Assembly (NCBI GenBank): GCA_025055575.1
Contig: JANWWP010000034.1
Span: 64,273 to 128,272, forward strand
DNA length: 64,000 nt
Direction: 5' to 3'
Origin: Flavobacteriales bacterium
GTDB taxonomy: Bacteria; Bacteroidota; Bacteroidia; CAIKAF01
Shown: one piece after another, positions 9,755 to 18,232 of the stretch
Layout of the letters: each line of letters begins with the position of its first letter
Position numbering within the stretch: the stretch's first letter is position 1
Program-made: the position numbers and the translations under genes
Notes under the pieces: model-generated
Database searches by the model: none
The model's input: the letters and a program-made list of their open reading frames with translations, nothing else
Told to the model about the DNA's origin: nothing

Positions 9755-10717
9755 ATGGAAAAATTTTTGGTTACCGAGACGCCGGAGCCTCATAAGGAAA
9801 GAACTCGAACCATTCTCTCCCAACATCCTGAAATCCGTCAGTTGTTCGGAAAAAATGCCGCCACTTGTATCATCCTCCTGGCTTGCGTAGCGGCGCAATT
9901 TTTTGGGGCCTGGTGGCTCCGGGATAAGGCCTGGGGCTGGTCTCTGGTGGCCGGCTGGTGTGTCGGGGCCTTTGTAGTCCATGCGTTGTTTGTCACCATC
10001 CACGAAGCCGCGCACAATCTCATTTTTAAGGCACCCTGGGCCAATAAGCTGGCCGCTGTGGTGGCCAATTTGCCTTCCGTGATACCTTCTGCTATTTCAT
10101 TTCGGCAGTACCACCTCAAGCACCACGCCCATCAGGGCCATCCTTCTTTAGATGCCGACCTGCCTTTTGAATGGGAAGCGCGCTGGGTGGGGAACCGTGC
10201 CTGGCGAAAGGCGCTTTGGCTTTTCTTATTTCCAGTTTTTCAGGCTTTGCGGCCCGTGAGGATTCAGGGAGTACCTTTCTTGAATGCCTGGGTGCTGTTC
10301 AATTGGTTCACGACATTTGGCGCGACGGGTCTGGTATTGTATTTCTGGGGATGGAATGCCCTGGCCTACCTGTTTTTTTCTTTCCTTTTCAGCATTGGTT
10401 TGCATCCTCTGGGAGCCCGTTGGATTCAGGAGCATTATCTGGTGGCACCGCCCCAAGAAACCTACAGTTATTACGGCCCCTTGAACAGCTTACAAATGAA
10501 TATCGGCTATCATAACGAACACCACGACTTTCCCTCTGTGCCCTGGAACAAGCTGCCCGAGGTGCGTCGGTTAGCGCCGGAGTTCTATGACACTCTGTAT
10601 GCCCATACTTCATGGACTGGTCTTCTATGGCGCTTTATCACCGACTCTCGGATCACTTTGTATTCACGTGCCGTGCGGTATTCAGATCCCCGGCCAGCGC
10701 GCCTGGAGCAGACCTGA
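9755..10717 (+). CDS. Sphingolipid delta4-desaturase / dihydroceramide desaturase (DES1 family) membrane fatty-acid desaturase
   Basis: Three histidine boxes HEAAHN, HLKHHAH, HNEHHDF. N-terminal Lipid_DES-like segment (ILSQHPEIRQLFGKN) parallels eukaryotic DEGS1 (YPEIKSLMKPDP, HEIAHNAAF). ATG at 9755 chosen because the longer ORF overlaps rpmB. Confidence 0.8.
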   Translation: MEKFLVTETPEPHKERTRTILSQHPEIRQLFGKNAATCIILLACVAAQFFGAWWLRDKAWGWSLVAGWCVGAFVVHALFVTIHEAAHNLIFKAPWANKLAAVVANLPSVIPSAISFRQYHLKHHAHQGHPSLDADLPFEWEARWVGNRAWRKALWLFLFPVFQALRPVRIQGVPFLNAWVLFNWFTTFGATGLVLYFWGWNALAYLFFSFLFSIGLHPLGARWIQEHYLVAPPQETYSYYGPLNSLQMNIGYHNEHHDFPSVPWNKLPEVRRLAPEFYDTLYAHTSWTGLLWRFITDSRITLYSRAVRYSDPRPARLEQT

Positions 10718-10773
10718 ATCAAGAAGAAGGTTGGAACCAAATTGTTAGATTTCTTTCCCTGGTTATTAAAAAA

Positions 10774-10804
10774 AAGCCCCGCTTCAGAGGCGGAGCTTTT
10801 TAAA
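10774..10804. terminator. Bidirectional rho-independent terminator between convergent desaturase and icd genes
   Basis: AAAAAAAAGCCCCGC-TTCAGAG-GCGGAGCTTTTT: 9 bp stem with one mismatch, A-tract upstream and T-tract downstream. Confidence 0.55.
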
Positions 10805-10821
10805 AAAGAACATCCATGAGC

Positions 10822-12264
10822 TTACTGCCCTTGTCCGGCGGAAAATCCGGGTTCGCCATCGAATGTGTAAAGGTTTTCGGTTTTAATGATTTCGAATCCA
10901 GCCTGTACTATCTGTTGCATCAGATTCAGCACATCTTGCGGCCCGGAGGGTTTCAGTTCTTCGCTTTTGAAGCGGCAGCGCCAGTGATCGGTGCAGAAAG
11001 TTTCCGGAAAGCCGCCGGGCCACACTTTAGTGCCCCGGTTGGTGATCATGCTCAGTTCCATGTGCCCGGCTTTAAATTTTTTGAGGGCTTCACCCAAGCG
11101 ATCGGCATTGCGGTCCTTGTGATGAAGAAAAATGTCTACGCCGATGAGTTCTTTTTTGGCCGGTTGGGTGTCGGAAGGCCGGATGTGGAAGGTGGCGTTG
11201 GAAAATTTCACCGGTTTTAAGGTTTGTGGTTTTCTTCCCAGGCGCTCGATGACGGCGTCTGCAAATTCACGCGTCCCCACTTTCACTTTGGAAGTATCTT
11301 CCTTGAAAATATCGTAGGTGTGAATGCCTTCCTCCAAAGTGCAGAGCCAGGCATTCTGGACCCGCTCGGCGACATCGGCCTGCCCGATGTGCACCAGCAT
11401 CTGCACGGCGCCCAACAGCAGCCCGGAAGGATTGGCCATATTTTGACCGGCGCGCCGGGGTGCCGAACCGTGGATGGCTTCAAACATGGCCACTCCGTCG
11501 CCAATGTTGGCCGAGCCGGCCAGACCCACCGAGCCCGTAATCTGGGCAGCGACGTCCGACAGGATATCTCCATACAGATTGGGCATCACCACCACATCGA
11601 AGGCTTCCGGGGTGTCGGCCAGTTTGGCGGCACCTATGTCCACAATCCAGTGTTCCTTTTCCAAATCCGGATACTCTGCGCCAATTTCATCAAATACCTT
11701 ATGAAAAAGACCATCGGTCATTTTCATAATGTTGTCTTTAGAAAAACAGGTTACTTTTTTGCGGCCGTAGGCGCGGGCATATTCAAACGCGTAGCGCACG
11801 ATGCGCTCGCAGCCTGGCCGTGAAATGAGCTTCAGGCATTGCACCACTTCGTCGGTCTGGCGGTGTTCGATGCCCGCATATAAATCTTCTTCATTTTCCC
11901 GGACTATCACCACATCCATCACCGGATGTTTGGTTTTGACAAAGGGATGATAGGACACGCAGGGGCGGATGTTGGCATAGAGCCCCAGCACTTTCCGCAC
12001 GGTCACATTCAGGCTTTTGAAACCGCCGCCCTGGGGGGTGGTGATGGGCGCTTTAAGAAACACTTTAGTACGACGCAGCGATTCCCAGGCCTCCGGTTTA
12101 ATTCCGGAGGAATAACCGTCCATGTAAACTTTTTCGCCAATTTCAATGACCTCTTTCTCGATTTGGGCCCCGGCCGCCTCGATGATACGAAGGGTGGCCT
12201 CCATGATTTCTGGGCCAATGCCGTCGCCATAGGCAACGGTGATAGGAACTTTAGTGGAAGACAT
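10822..12264 (-). CDS. icd: Isocitrate dehydrogenase (NADP-dependent, homodimeric type with C-terminal extension)
   Basis: N-terminus MSSTKVPITVAYGDGIGPEIM…, NVTVRKVLGLYANIRP and GSAPRRAGQNMANP motifs typical of IDH. ATG at 12262-12264 (the track ORF starts 24 codons upstream). Confidence 0.85.
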   Translation of the reverse strand: MSSTKVPITVAYGDGIGPEIMEATLRIIEAAGAQIEKEVIEIGEKVYMDGYSSGIKPEAWESLRRTKVFLKAPITTPQGGGFKSLNVTVRKVLGLYANIRPCVSYHPFVKTKHPVMDVVIVRENEEDLYAGIEHRQTDEVVQCLKLISRPGCERIVRYAFEYARAYGRKKVTCFSKDNIMKMTDGLFHKVFDEIGAEYPDLEKEHWIVDIGAAKLADTPEAFDVVVMPNLYGDILSDVAAQITGSVGLAGSANIGDGVAMFEAIHGSAPRRAGQNMANPSGLLLGAVQMLVHIGQADVAERVQNAWLCTLEEGIHTYDIFKEDTSKVKVGTREFADAVIERLGRKPQTLKPVKFSNATFHIRPSDTQPAKKELIGVDIFLHHKDRNADRLGEALKKFKAGHMELSMITNRGTKVWPGGFPETFCTDHWRCRFKSEELKPSGPQDVLNLMQQIVQAGFEIIKTENLYTFDGEPGFSAGQGQ

Positions 12265-12398
12265 ACGAATATTTTTCGGAGCGCAAAAAAAAGGCTTCGC
12301 CTCCACTTTTCCAACCCATATTGAAAATATGCACAATAACTAAACTTTAACAAGGTGCAAGGATGGTGACCGTATGCAAGCATACTAAATTTGAGGGT

Positions 12399-13649
12399 AT
12401 GAAAACTTTCGCCCAAAATATTCTGTTGTTCCTCGCTCTGCCAAGCTTTTTGATGGCTCAGGACCCCGTTATCCAAACCGGGGAGGTGCTTCAGTGCGAA
12501 AAAGTTTTTTCCGCTTCACGTGATGAACTGGTAGCGCTCTGGAAAAAAAACAAAGTGTCGCGCTATATGGTGCCCGTGCGGTATGATGTGGATGTGTATG
12601 AAATTCTTTACACATCTCGTTATCCCAACGGAAATGTTGTAAGCACCAGCGGCCTTCTGTTTGTTCCTGTGATGCCTGAGAAAGCCCGTCGTCCTTTGCT
12701 CATGTTCAACCATGGCACACAAATTCGTCATGAAAGAAAAGTGGGTATGCGTGCGGAACAGGCCATTTGTATGGGATTTGCGGCGGACGGATATGTGGTG
12801 GCCATGCCCGATTATTTTGGCATTGGCAAAGGTGAGGGTATCCATATTTATCAACACGCTGAGTCCGAGGCCCAGGCTAACATTGACATGATTCGGGCGC
12901 TACGCAAGCTGGAAGACAGCCTGCACCTGCGGCTCAACGAACAACTCTTTATCTCCGGGTATTCCCAAGGCGGTCATGCTGCCATGGCCACCCATAAATT
13001 TATAGAAGAATGCTATGCGGAGGAGTTTAAAGTCACAGCCTCGGCGCCCATGAGTGGTGCTTATGACATGACGGGGGTGCAAAGCCGCGTGATGTTTGAA
13101 GAATATTCGCATCCCGCTTATTTGCCTTATCTGCTCAGCGGTTACAATGAAGTGTACAGGCTATTTTCAGACATCCGCAGAATATTTAAATCGCCTTACG
13201 ATACTTTAGTCAAGCACTTTTATGACGGAAAAACGCGTTTTGACGAAATCAACAAACGGCTGCCCTCGGTTCCGGCTCAGATGATCCACGACGACCTGGT
13301 GGAGCAATTCAGATCTAATCCCAATTTCAGCTTTTTGCAGGTATTGCGCCAGAACGATGTGTATGATTGGCGGCCGCAAAGTCCCATGATGCTGTGCTAT
13401 TGTCAGGCGGACGAACAAGTGGATTACCGGAATTCCCTGGTGGCTTATAAAGCTATGAAAGCCAAGGGTAGCCGCCATGTGTATCTGACCCATGCCGGCA
13501 AAAAATTCAACCACTTTAAATGTGCTCTTTACAGCGTCCTGTACACCAAATTTTTCTTCGACAGTTTTCGTAAAGGCCGTAAATATGGTTCCCGCGGACC
13601 CATTGTAAAAAGAATGATCCTGGGGGTGGCTAAGGCTTTTGCGGATTGA
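12399..13649 (+). CDS. Secreted alpha/beta-hydrolase, secretory lipase (LIP)-like
   Basis: Signal peptide MKTFAQNILLFLALPSFLMAQ. Nucleophile elbow GYSQGGHAA (GxSxG). Confidence 0.55.
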   Translation: MKTFAQNILLFLALPSFLMAQDPVIQTGEVLQCEKVFSASRDELVALWKKNKVSRYMVPVRYDVDVYEILYTSRYPNGNVVSTSGLLFVPVMPEKARRPLLMFNHGTQIRHERKVGMRAEQAICMGFAADGYVVAMPDYFGIGKGEGIHIYQHAESEAQANIDMIRALRKLEDSLHLRLNEQLFISGYSQGGHAAMATHKFIEECYAEEFKVTASAPMSGAYDMTGVQSRVMFEEYSHPAYLPYLLSGYNEVYRLFSDIRRIFKSPYDTLVKHFYDGKTRFDEINKRLPSVPAQMIHDDLVEQFRSNPNFSFLQVLRQNDVYDWRPQSPMMLCYCQADEQVDYRNSLVAYKAMKAKGSRHVYLTHAGKKFNHFKCALYSVLYTKFFFDSFRKGRKYGSRGPIVKRMILGVAKAFAD

Positions 13650-13710
13650 CCAACGACATCTTCAGAGGCGGCATTCGCGGGGCTTTTTTAGCCTGCTTTC
13701 AGGAGGTCCT

Positions 13711-14094
13711 TTAATCCATGCAGCCGCTTCTACGGATGTCGGCTAAGGTGAACCGGGCCTCGGGCTGGCCGGCCAAAGAAAACAGATGGCCCCACAAGGC
13801 AGCCACATCGTCGGCTTCCAGTTCAGGAAAAGCCGGCATGGGGGGTTGGCCCCTTGCCGGTGAAGCAGAAATTCCATAACGCAGCAAGCACGGGAGAGAG
13901 TCGCCGATGACCTGAAGACGGCGCAGGTCGTTAATGGGAGGTATGAGTTGTCTCAGGCCTTCGCCCTGCGCTCCATGACAGGAGGCGCATTTTTCTGCAT
14001 ACAATTGGGCTCCATCCGGGTTGTCCGGAATAAAACGACAGGCCATGGCTCCGCTCCAAATCAGGAAAATGACCGCGCCCCACGAAGGTTTCAT
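13711..14094 (-). CDS. Class I c-type cytochrome (monoheme)
   Basis: CxxCH heme-binding motif (CASCHG) after a signal peptide. A downstream Met (…PPMPAF…) is a plausible axial ligand. Confidence 0.7.
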   Translation of the reverse strand: MKPSWGAVIFLIWSGAMACRFIPDNPDGAQLYAEKCASCHGAQGEGLRQLIPPINDLRRLQVIGDSLPCLLRYGISASPARGQPPMPAFPELEADDVAALWGHLFSLAGQPEARFTLADIRRSGCMD

Positions 14095-14765
14095 TGTGTG
14101 GTTTTTTCGTCCAGTAGGGTTCGGATGTGATCCATAAGGCGGTCGGTTTCCTCGGCCCGCGTACCATCATAAAACCCCCGGATGCGCCCTTGCGTATCCA
14201 CCAGCACAAAAGCGCCACTGTGTATGAATCCCCCGGGGGCGCTGGCTTCTTCAGAGACAGCGATGGAATATTGTTGGGCCAATTCAAATATTGTGTCCCG
14301 AGGCCCCGTAAGCAAATGCCACCGCCCGCCGCCTGTGCCCCCCAGCCTTTGTGCATAGGCCTTGAGGACAAAAGGTTTGTCGTGCTCCGGGTCAATGCTG
14401 TGGCTGAGCAGGACTAGCCGGTTTTCGTGCAGAAAACTATCCCTCAGGCGTGCCATCTGGTCGGACATGCGCGGGCAAATGGTGGGGCATGTGGTGAAAA
14501 AGAAATCGGCCACCCAAATCTTTCCGGCCACATCCTCCCGGCATATTTGTTGACTATCTTGGTTGGTTAAGCAAAAAAATTCCGGGGCTTTGCCTAAGAC
14601 CGGAGCAATTTTTTGCGAAACCGTGGAAATTTCAAACTTCCCAGATGTCCTTTCCCGGCAGGACCATGTCAGGAGAACTAATGAAGCCCCCAGGAAAATT
14701 TTACGGCCTTTTTTCAAGAAAAGCATGAGCAGAATCAATGGCTTCGGTGATGGCTTTTCGTACAC
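14091..14765 (-). CDS. SCO1/SenC family copper chaperone (thioredoxin-fold)
   Basis: CxxxC motif in FFTTCPTICP, plus the conserved His region typical of SCO proteins. Overlaps the cytochrome c gene by 4 nt. Start may be an internal Met (MLFLKK…). Confidence 0.8.
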   Translation of the reverse strand: MYEKPSPKPLILLMLFLKKGRKIFLGASLVLLTWSCRERTSGKFEISTVSQKIAPVLGKAPEFFCLTNQDSQQICREDVAGKIWVADFFFTTCPTICPRMSDQMARLRDSFLHENRLVLLSHSIDPEHDKPFVLKAYAQRLGGTGGGRWHLLTGPRDTIFELAQQYSIAVSEEASAPGGFIHSGAFVLVDTQGRIRGFYDGTRAEETDRLMDHIRTLLDEKTTQ

Positions 14766-15132
14766 CTAATATTTTTTCTTTCTCAGCCTGTAAATATTGC
14801 ATCACCTCTGTATGTTCATACAGGCCAGCTCCTCCATTGTAATTGTGCATCCAATGCATCATGGAATCATCGGCCTCACGCAACCTCATAATAAGTTGCT
14901 GCGCTTTGTAGCGCAACAAGGTGTCCGTCATGTTGTGCACCAACAAACTGTCCACCATCCCTTGCAGTCGCTTTCTAAGCCTAAATAATTCCTCCGTGCG
15001 TGGCATCACCTCGTCGTGGATGGCCATCACTTCCGAACGAAGTGTTTCTTCCTTTTCTTTCTGAGACGGACCGCAGGATATACCAAAGGTCATTAATAGG
15101 AGGCTTAATGCGCCAACACAATTTTTTTTCAT
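14701..15132 (-). CDS. Met/His-rich periplasmic lipoprotein, hypothetical (possible copper-binding protein)
   Basis: ATG at 15130-15132, lipoprotein signal MKKNCVGALSLLLMTFGISC. Met/His cluster DDSMMHWMHNYNGG…HTEVM. Sits upstream of SCO1 and cytochrome c in the same orientation. Confidence 0.4.
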   Translation of the reverse strand: MKKNCVGALSLLLMTFGISCGPSQKEKEETLRSEVMAIHDEVMPRTEELFRLRKRLQGMVDSLLVHNMTDTLLRYKAQQLIMRLREADDSMMHWMHNYNGGAGLYEHTEVMQYLQAEKEKILGVRKAITEAIDSAHAFLEKRP

Positions 15133-15351
15133 AAGGAAGCACAAAATTAAGCCGTGTAAAACCCTGAATTGTCTCACTGGTTGTGGTGATGGCGATGGAG
15201 GTGGATAATAAATCGCTCTGCTCTCAAAATAGTTTTCAAAATGTATAAGACATTCTTTTGAAATTCTCAGGAAACTGACAAAAGGATGTGGAAAATGCTG
15301 AAGAAAATCATTAGAACTTTTTCATTTCCACTTCGTACTTAGTAGTTTGAT

Positions 15352-16407
15352 ATGTGCATCGATATCCATCTGCGTCGGTTTCTATTTACTTGGAGTCCCT
15401 TTTTAATACTATTATCTGAATCCCAGCCCAGCGCCCAGACATCGACAACCCTCAACATCCCGGCTTACATTGAAAAATTTTCGGATGTGGCGGTGCGACA
15501 TATGGTGGAATATGGCATTCCGGCCAGTATCACACTGGCCCAAGGTATCTTAGAAAGCGCTGCCGGCACCAGCGAGCTGGCCACTCAAGCCAACAACCAT
15601 TTTGGCATTAAATGCCACGACTGGAACGGCGACACCTACACATATGATGACGACTCCAAAGGAGAATGTTTTCGGAAATATAAGGACGCTGTGGAATCCT
15701 ATGAAGACCATGCGCTCTTTTTGACAAAGAGACCCCGGTATGCCGGCTTATTCAGTCTTGACAAGATGGATTACAAAGCCTGGGCGCGGGGCCTCAAGGC
15801 GGCCGGATATGCCACGCTGCCAGTGTATGCCGAAAAGCTGGTGGGATACATCGAAAAATATCAGCTTTTCAAGTACGACAGCATCGCCTGGAAGATGCTT
15901 AAAAACCTGCAAACTGCGGGTGATAATAAGACTGGAACGAATACCTCGGTGGCTCCCAGCCAGACCGCTGCGTCAGAAGCCACTGCCGGACTCCAGAAAA
16001 CTGAAACAGCGCACAGAATTTCAGTGCAAAAGATGGAAGAGCGAAGGGATGATCTTTCCAAGACGCAACCTCGGAAAGTGGAGGTGCACAATGGCCTGAG
16101 GGCGGTGTATGCCCGTCCTGGCGATACCCAAGCTTCTCTGGCGCGAGAGTTTGAAATGGCCGAATGGCAGATCCGGCGGTACAACGACCTTCAGCATGGG
16201 GAAATTCCGGCCCCAGGCAGCCTGATTTATTTAGAAGCACGCTATGAGCAGCATCCCCAACTGGAAAAGGTGAGCACGGAACAGGAAGAAAATTGGCGCC
16301 GGCTGGCCGATCGCTACGGCCTTAAACCCGATGCATTGAAAAAATTAAATCCGCAGGTGGAGGAACCCATCCCGCCCGGGGTAGAAATAATTCTGCGAAG
16401 ATTGTAA
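15352..16407 (+). CDS. Peptidoglycan hydrolase: GH73 glucosaminidase domain plus two C-terminal LysM domains
   Basis: IPASITLAQGILESAAGTSELATQANNHFGIKC matches the mannosyl-glycoprotein endo-beta-N-acetylglucosaminidase signature. Two LysM-like repeats (…GDTQASLAREFEMAEWQIRRYNDL…, …WRRLADRYGLKPDALKKLNP…). Confidence 0.75.
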   Translation: MCIDIHLRRFLFTWSPFLILLSESQPSAQTSTTLNIPAYIEKFSDVAVRHMVEYGIPASITLAQGILESAAGTSELATQANNHFGIKCHDWNGDTYTYDDDSKGECFRKYKDAVESYEDHALFLTKRPRYAGLFSLDKMDYKAWARGLKAAGYATLPVYAEKLVGYIEKYQLFKYDSIAWKMLKNLQTAGDNKTGTNTSVAPSQTAASEATAGLQKTETAHRISVQKMEERRDDLSKTQPRKVEVHNGLRAVYARPGDTQASLAREFEMAEWQIRRYNDLQHGEIPAPGSLIYLEARYEQHPQLEKVSTEQEENWRRLADRYGLKPDALKKLNPQVEEPIPPGVEIILRRL

Positions 16408-16453
16408 TTTAGAACAGATCAGCACTCAAAAAGAATATCCGTCGCCTGTGTTT

Positions 16454-17611
16454 TTAAAGGGCTTCGGCCATAAGACGGGCCAGACGGCAACCCGTATCAT
16501 AGCCAATGGCCACGCCCATGCCCCCCAGCCGTACGGCACAAAAAGTGCGGGCCCCCAAAGCCTGAACGATGGGCCGCTTGGTGCGGCCTTTCCCCATAAA
16601 CCCCGTCCATTGAAATTCAAAGCCGAGGTTTTGGAGACCGGTGATGCGGGAGGCCAAGTGGGTTAAGTATAGGCAAATGTCTTCAGGAAGTTCCTGGGAA
16701 AGAGTTCTTTCGCGCACAAGATCGAGATGGCGCCCCCCTCCGATAAGAAACCGTCCATCCACAAACCGGAAATAGTTGTATCCGCCCTGGTGATGAAAGC
16801 CTGCCGGACTCAGATTCTCAGTTTTTCCCAACGGCTGGGACACCATCACCACGCCGCGGGCAGGATGGACGTCCAACCCAGGTATGAGGCGCTGCGTGAA
16901 AGCGTTGGTGCAAAGTGCCAAAAGGCGCACCTTACCTTCCCCTCGTGGATGCAACCAAATACGAACGGCGCCCTCCTCCTCCTGATACTTTTCCACATCC
17001 AGGCCCCACCACACCCGGATGTTTTCCCTGTGACAAAGGTTCAGAAGCGCTTGGTAGAGCATGGCTGAATCCAACACTCCTTCTAAGTGGTTGAAAATAT
17101 AGTAGGCCTGGGATGGCAAGCCAGGAGGCGCCGGGGCCACACAGTAGGCGCCGTCCCCGAGTCCCAGGTCTTTGAATGCTGCGTTGATGTCGTCCATCCG
17201 GTCTTTGCAGGCTTCGAACACTTCTTTTTCCTCGGGAAAAAAGATTTCGTAGTTGCCGGTGGGAATGTAACCAATCGCCGCATCCCCCAAGGCATGACGC
17301 AGGTTTTGAAGCCCCCTGAAACGCTCCGCGCTCAAGGAAAAAACTTCGGACTCTGAGGCGGTTTGCAGGTCATCCAAAAGTTCAGAAAGGCTGCCTATGC
17401 AGGCAAATCCAGCGTTGCGGCGGGTGGCACCACCCACCGCAACGCCACTGTCCACGACGGTCACAGGCAACTCTGGCTTCAGGGCCTTCAGGCCTAGCGC
17501 CGTGGATAGGCCGGTGATGCCTGCCCCTAGGATCCACACGCCGTCCGGGGGAAACAATATTTTATGTTCCCAGTAGCTTAGCACGCTACCGTAAGTCAGG
17601 CCATGCGCCAA
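16454..17611 (-). CDS. FAD-dependent oxidoreductase (DAO family)
   Basis: Rossmann GxGxxG ILGAGITGLSTALGL at the N-terminus; about 380 aa DAO-like. Confidence 0.7.
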   Translation of the reverse strand: MAHGLTYGSVLSYWEHKILFPPDGVWILGAGITGLSTALGLKALKPELPVTVVDSGVAVGGATRRNAGFACIGSLSELLDDLQTASESEVFSLSAERFRGLQNLRHALGDAAIGYIPTGNYEIFFPEEKEVFEACKDRMDDINAAFKDLGLGDGAYCVAPAPPGLPSQAYYIFNHLEGVLDSAMLYQALLNLCHRENIRVWWGLDVEKYQEEEGAVRIWLHPRGEGKVRLLALCTNAFTQRLIPGLDVHPARGVVMVSQPLGKTENLSPAGFHHQGGYNYFRFVDGRFLIGGGRHLDLVRERTLSQELPEDICLYLTHLASRITGLQNLGFEFQWTGFMGKGRTKRPIVQALGARTFCAVRLGGMGVAIGYDTGCRLARLMAEAL

Positions 17612-18171
17612 CGGCGCAGAAGAACATATTCAAAGCCAAAAAGAAGGGAGAAATAAAACAAATCTCCCCAAACCTGATTAAAGAAAAAACTACCCATTAT
17701 GTCCCCTCTGTAAAATGGAATTCCGGCGTACAGACATGCCCAAAGGCCGCTCAGGTTGGGCGGGTAGCCTGAATTGGGGGAAAGCCACACAAAAAAGTTG
17801 GTCACAAAATAAAATAAAAGCGAACTGCATAAGGATAGCGCCACGAAGGGCATGGCCCTGTGCCGTTGCAGCCTCCCCAGTGCAACTAACAATAGAAAGG
17901 CCAGATACACCCCTACCCCGGTGAAGCTCATTAAATATTCCTGAAAAGTTCCAAAGCCCCGCTGGATGGTGGACATGACCAAAGCATCACTTACCAAAAG
18001 CGCTGCAAATGTGAGAAAGCCTGCTTTCCAGATTTTATCCGAGCGCAATCCGGAATAAACCGCTACGGCCGATAATGGGGTGAAATTATAAGGGTGGGGC
18101 ACAAGCCGAGTCAATACAACAGCCGCCACCACCAGTAAGCCCTGGATCAAAAAAGACGAAACCGGCTTCAT
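17596..18171 (-). CDS. Hypothetical integral membrane protein (about 5-6 TM)
   Basis: Hydrophobic profile only. Its stop overlaps the start of the downstream FAD oxidoreductase gene by 16 nt. Confidence 0.4.
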   Translation of the reverse strand: MKPVSSFLIQGLLVVAAVVLTRLVPHPYNFTPLSAVAVYSGLRSDKIWKAGFLTFAALLVSDALVMSTIQRGFGTFQEYLMSFTGVGVYLAFLLLVALGRLQRHRAMPFVALSLCSSLLFYFVTNFFVWLSPNSGYPPNLSGLWACLYAGIPFYRGDIMGSFFFNQVWGDLFYFSLLFGFEYVLLRRWRMA

Positions 18172-18232
18172 AAAAGGTTCAATGAAATGATGTGCAAAGG
18201 TAATCCGGCGGCTTGAATCCCCCGGAGAGGAC

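Noticed and set aside
12009-12476. 155 aa minus-strand ORF spanning the icd start and the lipase start
   Set aside because: Overlaps two divergent, well-supported genes and their shared promoter region. Not plausible as coding.
15133-15351. 219 bp divergent intergenic region with short GTGGTGATGG-like repeats
   Set aside because: Repeats are short (under 10 nt) and imperfect. Most likely ordinary promoter region for two divergent genes.
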